Below, in pieces: positions 20,073 to 27,734 of a stretch of DNA of 64,000 nucleotides (position 1 is its first letter; each line of letters begins with the position of its first letter). The stretch is from the NCBI GenBank assembly GCA_012270995.1, contig JAAXHG010000051.1, positions 5,768-69,767 of the forward strand, written 5' to 3'. The stretch comes from Vicinamibacteraceae bacterium. GTDB taxonomy: Bacteria > Acidobacteriota > Thermoanaerobaculia > Multivoradales > Multivoraceae. The notes beneath the pieces are model-generated. The model had not been told where the DNA came from and did no database searches. It saw nothing but the letters and a program-made list of their open reading frames with translations. Made by a program: the position numbers and the translations under genes.

Positions 20073-20849
20073 CTAGCTGTCGGACTGAACCTCCTGTACG
20101 ACCCGGCGGTCCTCGAGGCGCACTGCCGTAAGCCGTTCGCCCCAGACGCAGCCGGTGTCAAGGGTAATGAGACCGGGCTCGAGATGCAGTCCTAGGGCGG
20201 CCCAGTGGCCGCAGACGATCGTGCGTTCCTGACAACCGCGGGGCAGGACGCGGAACCAGGGTCTGAGCCCCGAGGGTGCGTCGTCAGGCGGGCCGGCGTA
20301 GTCGTGGCTGTGGCCCTTTCTGTCGAGCATCCGCATGCGGGTGAACGCCGCCAGTGACTTCTTGTTCCGGCGTTGCAACAGGCGCGTCGCCTTCGGACCC
20401 CGGAGCTTTCGTTCGAGCCGCCTGGCCGCCTTGATGACGTCCTCCGGCGCCCACCCCGGCCGCAGGCCGGCGTGGACCAGCACGTAGTCGCGGCCGGCTA
20501 TCCGCTCGAGGTGGACGAAAGGCAGGCGCCTCAGCCACTCGACGAGATCTGGGCCGTCGGGCGCCTCGAGGACGTCCTCCAACGTGTCGCGGGGTCTTGC
20601 TTCGACGATTCCGAGGCGCCGGCCGATCAGGTGCAGGTCGTGGTTTCCGAGCACGACCCGAAACCGATCGCCCATCTCGGCGTCCAGCGCTCGCGCCCAG
20701 CGCAACGTTTCGAGCGAACTCGGACCCCGATTCACAAGGTCGCCCACCATCCAGAGGCGGTCCCTCCGGACGTCGAGGTCCATTCGGTCGAGCAGCGCCT
20801 GGAGCGTCCGGAAGCAGCCGTGGACGTCGCCGATCGCCCAGGTCGCCAC
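20073..20849 (-). CDS. apaH: symmetrical bis(5'-nucleosyl)-tetraphosphatase
   Basis: Metallophosphoesterase motifs WAIGDVHGC, VGDLVNRGP and LGNHD, with ApaH-like length and layout. Confidence 0.85.
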   Translation of the reverse strand: MATWAIGDVHGCFRTLQALLDRMDLDVRRDRLWMVGDLVNRGPSSLETLRWARALDAEMGDRFRVVLGNHDLHLIGRRLGIVEARPRDTLEDVLEAPDGPDLVEWLRRLPFVHLERIAGRDYVLVHAGLRPGWAPEDVIKAARRLERKLRGPKATRLLQRRNKKSLAAFTRMRMLDRKGHSHDYAGPPDDAPSGLRPWFRVLPRGCQERTIVCGHWAALGLHLEPGLITLDTGCVWGERLTAVRLEDRRVVQEVQSDS

Positions 20850-20925
20850 TGGATTCCCTCAACGCCGGGGGCTCTAGCAGCGCGCGCCGCGGTACGCGGC
20901 AGCGCAAGTCGTGAGATGCACGCAG

Positions 20926-22257
20926 CTAGTCGACAATGGCCTGGTAGGTCAGCGTCTGGAGATCCAGCCGGATGTTCAGGTGGGTGTAGGGGCGGACCTG
21001 GGTCATCAGGATGCCGATCAACTCTTCCACCGGATCGACCCAGAACACGGTGCAGTAGGCGCCGCCCCAGGAGTAGGACCCGACCGACGCCGGCATCGCC
21101 GAGGCGCCCTTGTCGGTCACCACGCTGTAGCCGAGGCCGAAGCCGTAGCCGGGACCGCGCAGCCAGAGGCCGTGGTCGCCGGTGTGGTTCGACGTCATCA
21201 GTTCGACCGTCTTGCGGCCGAGGATGCGCTCGCCGCCCAGCTCGCCGCCGGAGAGCATCATCTGGTGGAAACGGTAGTAATCGGCCGCGGTGGAGACGAG
21301 ACCGCCGGAGCCGCTGAAGTACCTGTGCGGCTCGCGGACGTGCCGGGCGTTCACGTCCGGCGCCTCGGCGAGGACGATCCCGCCGTCCTCGCCCGGCCGG
21401 TAGAGCGCGGCGAAGCGTCCGACCTTCGCCTCGGGCAGGTAGAAGTGCGTGTCGACCATGCCCAGCGGCTCGAAGACGCGCTCCTTCAGGTACTCGTCCA
21501 GGGTCTCGCCGGACAGGACCTCGACCATCCGCCCGACGACATCGACGGAAGGGCCGTACTGCCAGGCGTCGCCGGGGTGGAACTCGAGCGGCAGCTCGGC
21601 GAGAGCGGTGACGAAGTCGCCGACCGTCCACTCGGGATCCCGGTTGTTGCGCAGCTTCGCGTACTCGGCGCCGAGCAGACCGCGGTAGCTGTTCGCGAAG
21701 CCGGCCGTGTGGGTCAGGATGTGCTGGACGGTGATCGGCCGCGCGGCCCGGACGAGCTTGTACGGGGCGCCCAGGTACTCGTCGGCGTCGGGCGCCGTCG
21801 CCACCTGCATCTCGGCGAACTCGGGCAGATACTTGGCGATCGGATCGCGGAGCTGGAACCGGCCCTCCTCGTACAGGGTCATCAGCGCGACGGAGGCGAT
21901 CGGCTTGGTCATCGAGGCGATCCGGAAGATCGTGTCCCGGGTCATCGGGACGCCTTCCTCGGACCAGCGTTCGCCCTGGGCCTCGAAGTGGACGACCTTG
22001 CCGCGGCGCGCGACCAGGGTCACCGTGCCGGCGACCTGCCCGCGGTCGATGTAGGCGCCGACCGCCTCGGAGAGCCGCTCGAGCCGCCCGCTCGACATGC
22101 CGGCGCTCTCCGGTGCGGCGATCGGCAGCGGAGGCGCAGCCGTCTGGTCGGCCGCCGCCGCCGCCGGAGCGGCCACTGCGGTGCCGGCGAACAGGCCGGC
22201 GAGGAGGAACGCGGCGGCGGACAGCACGAGGACACGGCTACGTTGGTCGAGGATCAT
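20926..22257 (-). CDS. serine hydrolase (beta-lactamase/esterase family), secreted
   Basis: Signal peptide followed by the SxxK motif IASMTKP. Overall class C beta-lactamase-like pattern. Confidence 0.85.
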   Translation of the reverse strand: MILDQRSRVLVLSAAAFLLAGLFAGTAVAAPAAAAADQTAAPPLPIAAPESAGMSSGRLERLSEAVGAYIDRGQVAGTVTLVARRGKVVHFEAQGERWSEEGVPMTRDTIFRIASMTKPIASVALMTLYEEGRFQLRDPIAKYLPEFAEMQVATAPDADEYLGAPYKLVRAARPITVQHILTHTAGFANSYRGLLGAEYAKLRNNRDPEWTVGDFVTALAELPLEFHPGDAWQYGPSVDVVGRMVEVLSGETLDEYLKERVFEPLGMVDTHFYLPEAKVGRFAALYRPGEDGGIVLAEAPDVNARHVREPHRYFSGSGGLVSTAADYYRFHQMMLSGGELGGERILGRKTVELMTSNHTGDHGLWLRGPGYGFGLGYSVVTDKGASAMPASVGSYSWGGAYCTVFWVDPVEELIGILMTQVRPYTHLNIRLDLQTLTYQAIVD

Positions 22258-22320
22258 GGGCGACTCCCTGAGATTGCGGCTGTGGTCTTCGGGGCTTGAC
22301 GGTTCAACGCCTCGCGTTGG

Positions 22321-25194
22321 TCACCGTCTCGCTCTGGGCGTCAGCGTCGTCGTGTGACGCTCGCCGTCGCGCACGTAGACGACCTCGATCGGTTCGTCGA
22401 TCTTCACGGCGTCGAGGGCGTAGGTGTAGTCGTAGATGTTGGCGATCGTCTGGCCCGCGAACTCGACGATCACGTCGCCGGCCTGAAGACCGGCCTCAGC
22501 GGCCGGACCGCCCTCCATCACGCCGCCCAGCAACAGGCCTTCCACTTCGCTGGCGTAGTCCGGGATGGTGCCGGTGTAGGCCCGCACGGTGTCGCGGCTG
22601 CCGCCCTGCTGGAGGGTCCGCTCGACCCTGGCGAACTCGAGCGGCTCGGCCTGGTTCGCGGCGCGGCGCGCGAGCAGGGCGGCGAAGCGGGCCACCCGCT
22701 CCAGGTCGTCGTAGTTGATGCGGTCGGCCGTATCGGTCGGCCGGTGATAGTCCTCGTGCGATCCGCTGAACAGGTTGACGGTCGGAACGCCGGCGCCGTT
22801 GAAGCTCGAGGTGTCGGTCGGCAGGTACGGATCGGTCTGCATGCCGAGGTCGAAGCCCACCGGGACGTTGGCGGCTTCGACCAGCCCCGTCCAGTCAGGA
22901 CTCGAGCCGACAGCCTGGACGGTCAGCCGGTTGTCGCGGACCCGGCCGACCATGTCCAGGTTCACGTAGGCGGCGATCCGGTCGGCCGGTATGACGGCGT
23001 CGTCGACGAAGTCCGTCGAGCCCAGGAGCCCCAACTCCTCGCCCGACCAGAAGGCGAGCGCGACGTTCCGGTCGTGACCCAGTTCGCGCAACTGGCGCGC
23101 GGCTTCGAGCACCGCCGCCGTGCCGGATGCGTTGTCATCGGCGCCGAGGTGAATGGCGTCCTTCTCGTCCGGCCGCGCCAGAGAGTTGCCGCCGCGGCCC
23201 CGGCCGAGGTGGTCGTAGTGGGCGCCGACGACGACCCATGGCTTGGCGAGGCTTTCCGCCTTGCCGCCGGGCAGGACGGCGACGACGTTTCGCGCCGTGC
23301 CGCGCTCCCGCTCGATCGCCGTGTTCAGGGTGATCCGGACGCCGGGAAGGTCGAAGCCGGCGTTGTGCGGATTGCCGTCGTCGAAGCTTCTCTGGATCTC
23401 CTCGAGTCCGCGACCGGTGCCGGCGAACAACGCGTTCGCGACCTCACCGCCGATGCTGGCGGCGGCGACGCCGGAGCCGGCTGCGGCAGTGTCGAAGGCC
23501 ATGGGGATCGTCTCGCCGGCGTTGGGCGAGCGCGGACCGGTCAGGACGAGGAGCCCCACGGCGCCCGCCTCGCGCGCCGTCAGCGCCTTGTAACGGAGGC
23601 CCGAGTAGCGGTTGAGGGTCGCCCGCGGCTCGCCCTCGAGGTCCTCGGGGACGTAGCGCAGGACGACGGCGATCTTGCCGCTGACGTTGAGCGTGGCGTA
23701 GCTGTCGTAGCCGAAGTCCTGGGAGTCAGGCACGCGGATACCGTAGCCGGCGAACACCGCCTCGCCTTCGATTTCGGTCGCATCGGAGAAGCCGAGCGCC
23801 TGGACCTGTGTCTGATCGCTGAACGCGGCGGCGCCGCCCTCGGTCTCGATCCGGATCGTCGAGCCCGTGTCGCGGGCGCCGGAGGTGAACTCGAAGTCGA
23901 GTAGCAGGTCGTCCTCGCCGGGCAGCGGCTCGGCGCCGAGCGCGACGAGCTGCTCGGTCAGGTACGCGGCGGCTCGCTGCTCGCCTTCCGTGCCCGTCAG
24001 CCGGCCGCCGAACTCGGGTGACGCGAGAGTGGTCACGTGGCTTTCGAGCGCGGATCGCGGATCGGCCGGCGGGCCGGAGGCTTCGCGGTCCGGCGCGGCT
24101 GCGAGGGCCGCGAGCGCGGCCTCGTGGTTCCAGTCGGCGATGTAGAGCTGGCCGCCGTCGCCGCCGTGGCGGCTGGAAGTCCAGACGAGCTGGCGGCCGT
24201 CCGGTGACGGCACGGGCAGACCGTCGAAACGGTCCGTATAGGTGACTCTGACCGGTTCTTTCGTGCCTTCCGTGTCGATGATGAAGACCTCGAAGTTCTC
24301 GAAGCCGAGCTTGTTCGAGGCGAAGAGGATGTAGTCGCCCGAGGGGTGCTGGTACGGGGCCCAGCTCATCGCTCCGAAGTCCGTCAACTGCCGCTGGTCT
24401 GACCCGTCCGGATTCATCGACCAGACGTCGGCGATCAGGCCGTCCTCGCTGAAGCGCCGCCAGACGATGCGAGACCCGTCGGCGAAGAAGAACGGACCGC
24501 CGTCGTATCCGGGCACGTTGGTCAGCCGGGTCTGCTCGCTGCCGTCGGCGCGCATGACGTAGATCTCGCCGAAGTAGGCGGGGTCGACCTCGAGCAGGTT
24601 CGATTCGCGGTCGGAGAGTTCCCGGTTGAAGGCGTCTCGCGTGGAGGCGAAGACGATCCACTCGCCGTCCGGAGAGTAGGCGCCTTCGGCGTCGTAGCCG
24701 CGCGCGTCGGTCAGGCGACGCGGCTCGCCGCCGGCCATCGGCACGGCGTAGATCTCCATCTCCGGGTCGTAGTCCCAGGCGTAGCGGCGTTCCTGGCCCG
24801 AGGCGCGGAAGTCGAGTTCCTGCTGCTGGAGCTCGGTCGAGCGCGGGTCGTGGTGGGTCGAGCCGTAGAGGATCTCCGAGCCGTCCGGACGAATGAAGGC
24901 GCAGGTCGTCTTGCCGATTCCGGTCGAGACTTCGCGGGTGTCGCCGGTGGCCAGATCGAGCAGGTAGATCTGGTAGAACGGATTCTCGGGCCGCCGCTCG
25001 CTCTGGAACACGACGAGCCGGCCGTCACTGGAAAAGTAGCCTTCGCCCGAGCGCTTGCCCTCGTAGATCAGGCGCCTGGTTCGTTCGAGGAACGTGCTCT
25101 CGTCGAGGTCGCCGTCCTCGGCGAATGCGGGCGTCGCGGCCGCGGCGAGGGCCGCGACCGCGAGGGCGATGGTTCGGGAGCGAGGCTTCGGCAC
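22321..25194 (-). CDS. multidomain secreted protease: TolB-like beta-propeller + M28 aminopeptidase + C-terminal PDZ
   Basis: Signal peptide. Repeated PD40-like segments (SPDG.., WSMNPDGSDQRQLT). M28 motifs HYDHLG and GADDNASGTAAVLE. PDZ-like GLQAGDVIVEFAGQTI at the C-terminus. Confidence 0.8.
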   Translation of the reverse strand: MPKPRSRTIALAVAALAAAATPAFAEDGDLDESTFLERTRRLIYEGKRSGEGYFSSDGRLVVFQSERRPENPFYQIYLLDLATGDTREVSTGIGKTTCAFIRPDGSEILYGSTHHDPRSTELQQQELDFRASGQERRYAWDYDPEMEIYAVPMAGGEPRRLTDARGYDAEGAYSPDGEWIVFASTRDAFNRELSDRESNLLEVDPAYFGEIYVMRADGSEQTRLTNVPGYDGGPFFFADGSRIVWRRFSEDGLIADVWSMNPDGSDQRQLTDFGAMSWAPYQHPSGDYILFASNKLGFENFEVFIIDTEGTKEPVRVTYTDRFDGLPVPSPDGRQLVWTSSRHGGDGGQLYIADWNHEAALAALAAAPDREASGPPADPRSALESHVTTLASPEFGGRLTGTEGEQRAAAYLTEQLVALGAEPLPGEDDLLLDFEFTSGARDTGSTIRIETEGGAAAFSDQTQVQALGFSDATEIEGEAVFAGYGIRVPDSQDFGYDSYATLNVSGKIAVVLRYVPEDLEGEPRATLNRYSGLRYKALTAREAGAVGLLVLTGPRSPNAGETIPMAFDTAAAGSGVAAASIGGEVANALFAGTGRGLEEIQRSFDDGNPHNAGFDLPGVRITLNTAIERERGTARNVVAVLPGGKAESLAKPWVVVGAHYDHLGRGRGGNSLARPDEKDAIHLGADDNASGTAAVLEAARQLRELGHDRNVALAFWSGEELGLLGSTDFVDDAVIPADRIAAYVNLDMVGRVRDNRLTVQAVGSSPDWTGLVEAANVPVGFDLGMQTDPYLPTDTSSFNGAGVPTVNLFSGSHEDYHRPTDTADRINYDDLERVARFAALLARRAANQAEPLEFARVERTLQQGGSRDTVRAYTGTIPDYASEVEGLLLGGVMEGGPAAEAGLQAGDVIVEFAGQTIANIYDYTYALDAVKIDEPIEVVYVRDGERHTTTLTPRARR

Positions 25195-25341
25195 GATGGT
25201 GTCCCTCCAGATTGCCGGACGCTAACAGGCTACGGGCCTCATGGTTCGCGCGGGTTGTTTTCGTCATGGTCCATGAAGGCCCGGGTATACTGGCGCGGCC
25301 GACCTGGTCGATGCTCCCACGGCCCATGGAGACTCGATGAC

Positions 25342-25557
25342 ATGACGAACGTGGAACTGACGAGCGCGGCGCCGCCGCACACCGAGGACTGGATCGCGTG
25401 GCGCGGCCGGGTTGACGAGCGCCTGCGGCACATGGCGACCAAAGCCGACCTGGCCGACCTCAAGGTGTGGATGCTGAAGACCATGGTCACGACGATGATC
25501 ACGACGATGATCGGATTCGGCGCCTTGATCGTCGCTGCGATCAGGTTGCTGCCGTAG
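25342..25557 (+). CDS. small coiled-coil protein with C-terminal TM helix (paralog A; DUF1640-like by recollection)
   Basis: MTNVELTSAAPPHTEDWIAWRGRVDERLRHMATKADLADLK...IGFGALIVAAIRLLP. It shares EDWIAWRxRVDExLRxxATKxDLAxL and the ...RLLP end with the ORFs at 27500 and 45076. Confidence 0.55.
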   Translation: MTNVELTSAAPPHTEDWIAWRGRVDERLRHMATKADLADLKVWMLKTMVTTMITTMIGFGALIVAAIRLLP

Positions 25558-25698
25558 GCGCGGCTGCGAGGCGTGTCGCCGCGTTCCGGCCCTGCCCGGT
25601 ACGCACCGATCCCGTCGCGGCGACTTGCTTCGCCGGATGATCCCCTGCGCGCCAGCGCGGCGCGAAAGGCGCTGTGCCTGCTGCTAGCCTGACGGCCC

Positions 25699-25842
25699 AT
25701 GTGGGGAGGCCTGCCGATCTCGACCTGGGCGTTGCTCGCGGTGTCGGTCGGCGGCGGGCCGGCTCTGGTGCTGCTGCGGTGGTGGTCTGAGCGGCGCGGT
25801 CGCCGGCGCGGTCACGGGTCCGCGCGGAGTGGTGCGGCGTGA
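25699..25842 (+). CDS. possible 47-aa single-TM small protein coupled to the symporter
   Basis: Hand translation gives MWGGLPISTWALLAVSVGGGPALVLLRWWSERRGRRRGHGSARSGAA. Its TGA (25840-25842) overlaps the symporter GTG (25839-25841). It is below the ORF-track size cutoff. Confidence 0.35.
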   Translation: MWGGLPISTWALLAVSVGGGPALVLLRWWSERRGRRRGHGSARSGAA

Positions 25843-27320
25843 CGGCGAGCGCCCTCGTCCTCGTCCCGCTCGGCCTCTACATGCTGGTCCTCATCGGGCT
25901 CGGCCTGTGGGGCCGGCGCGAGGGAGGGAGCCTGGAGGGCTACTACGTCGCCGGCAAGAAGCTGCCCTCCTGGGTCATCGCCTTCAGTTCGAACGCCACC
26001 GGCGAGAGCGGCTGGCTGCTGCTCGGTCTGACCGGAATGGGCTACGCGGTCGGCTTCCACGCGCTCTGGGTCGTGTTCGGCGAAGTGATGGGCGTCGCGA
26101 TCGCCTGGACCCTCGTTTCGCGGCCGTTCAAGGAGTACACCGACCGGTACCGGGCGATCACCGTTCCCGACTACCTGGAGCAGCGGTTCCGCGACCGCCG
26201 GCGCCTCCTGCGGAAGCTGAGCATCGCGATCATCCTGTCGATGGTCGCGGTCTATTGCTGCGCCCAACTGGTGGCGACGGGCAAGGCCTTCTCGTCCTTC
26301 CTGGGCTTCAGCTACGTCACCGGCGTGTTTCTGGGCGCGGGCGTCACGATCGTCTACACGGCGGTCGGCGGCTTCAAGGCGGTGGCCTACTCGGACCTGG
26401 TGCAGGGGCTGCTCATGGTGGGCGGGCTCATCATGCTCCCGATCGTCGGCGTCGCCGCCGCGGGCGGCTGGAACGAAGTGATCGGCGCGCTCGAGACGGC
26501 CGATCCCAGCCTGCTGCGCGCGATGGGCAGCCACGGTGCGACCTGGGCCGGGGTGCTTTCGGCCGCGAGCTTCGCCGGCATCGGGCTCGCCTTCCTGGGC
26601 GTGCCGCAGCTCCTGACCCGGTTCATGTCCGCGGCTTCGGGCCGCGAACTGGTGCGCGGAGGCCGGGTCGCGGTCGTGTGCATGGTCCTGTTCGACATCG
26701 GCGCGGTGTTCACCGGGATCGCCGGCCGGGCCCTGTTCCCGTTGCTGGACGATCCCGAAACCGTGATGCCCACGATGAGCGCGGAGCTGTTCCCGGCCCT
26801 CTTCACCGGCATCTTCCTGGTCATCGTTCTGGGCGCGATCATGTCGACCGTCGATTCCCTGTTGATCCTCGCCTCGTCGGCCGTCGTCAGGGACTTCGGG
26901 CAGAAGATCCTCGGCGCGGCCCGCGGTGACGGTCGCCTGTCGCGTTACGGGCGCTACGTCACCGCGCTCGTGGGCCTGGTGGCCATTCCCTTCGCCCTGT
27001 GGGAACCACCGCAGTTGTTCTGGTTCATGCTGTTCGCCTGGTCGGGGCTGGGGGGCGCCTTCGTTCCGGTCGTCCTCTGTTCTCTCTTCTGGAAGCGCAC
27101 GACGTTGCCGGGCGCGCTGGCCGGGATGGTGGCAGGCTTCTCCGTGACGGTGGTCTGGGTGATTCAGTTCAAGGAGGCCTACTACGACCTGTATGAACTG
27201 ATCCCGGGGCTCATCGTGGGGACCGCGGCGACGGTGATCGTCAGCCTGCGGACAGAGCCGCCGGAAGGGGCCGCGGCGGAGTTCGACGACGTTCACGCGA
27301 CGGTAAGGGGTTCCCGATGA
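25839..27320 (+). CDS. sodium:solute symporter family (PutP/SSS-like) transporter
   Basis: 493 aa, about 13 TM segments, SSS-like motifs (YYVAGKKLPSWVIAFSSNATGESGWLLLGL, AVGGFKAVAYSDLVQG). Confidence 0.85.
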   Translation: MTASALVLVPLGLYMLVLIGLGLWGRREGGSLEGYYVAGKKLPSWVIAFSSNATGESGWLLLGLTGMGYAVGFHALWVVFGEVMGVAIAWTLVSRPFKEYTDRYRAITVPDYLEQRFRDRRRLLRKLSIAIILSMVAVYCCAQLVATGKAFSSFLGFSYVTGVFLGAGVTIVYTAVGGFKAVAYSDLVQGLLMVGGLIMLPIVGVAAAGGWNEVIGALETADPSLLRAMGSHGATWAGVLSAASFAGIGLAFLGVPQLLTRFMSAASGRELVRGGRVAVVCMVLFDIGAVFTGIAGRALFPLLDDPETVMPTMSAELFPALFTGIFLVIVLGAIMSTVDSLLILASSAVVRDFGQKILGAARGDGRLSRYGRYVTALVGLVAIPFALWEPPQLFWFMLFAWSGLGGAFVPVVLCSLFWKRTTLPGALAGMVAGFSVTVVWVIQFKEAYYDLYELIPGLIVGTAATVIVSLRTEPPEGAAAEFDDVHATVRGSR

Positions 27321-27443
27321 GCCGACTTGATCCGGTCCATCTTCAACACCGACGCCTTGCGCGCCATTCGCCCGCTTGATGGGGCGTGGGACCTTCGGTA
27401 GCCGCATCAGGAGGCACTCGGCCCGCGGCGCCCCCGGGAGAGC

Positions 27444-27703
27444 GTGTAGAGTAAGGCCGTCCGATCCGACCGGACCGCCCCGCCAAGAGTACGCGAGAGA
27501 TGGCTGAAACAGGAACAGGGACCGAAGCCCCGCCATTCAATGAGGACTGGATCGCGTGGCGCGCGCGAGTGGACGAGAAGCTCCGAAACGTGGCGACGAA
27601 GGAGGATCTCGCCAACCTCCGCGAGGCGCTCACGTGGCGCATCCTGCTCGCCATGGGCGGTTTCGCGACGATCGTGACGGTACTGGACCGGCTGCTTCCG
27701 TAG
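27444..27703 (+). repeat. left copy of direct repeat flanking the defence island (leader + small gene B)
   Basis: Starts GTGTAGAGT...CCGGACCGCCCCGCC and runs through the small ORF. It aligns by eye with 45008-45312 (about 80-85% in the coding part) apart from a 33-nt indel. Confidence 0.7.
27500..27703 (+). CDS. small coiled-coil/TM protein (paralog B)
   Basis: MAETGTGTEAPPFNEDWIAWRARVDEKLRNVATKEDLANLREALTWRILLAMGGFATIVTVLDRLLP. Near-identical to paralog C. Confidence 0.6.
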   Translation: MAETGTGTEAPPFNEDWIAWRARVDEKLRNVATKEDLANLREALTWRILLAMGGFATIVTVLDRLLP

Positions 27704-27734
27704 CTGCCGATCACCCGCGGCTGGAGGTCGCGGA

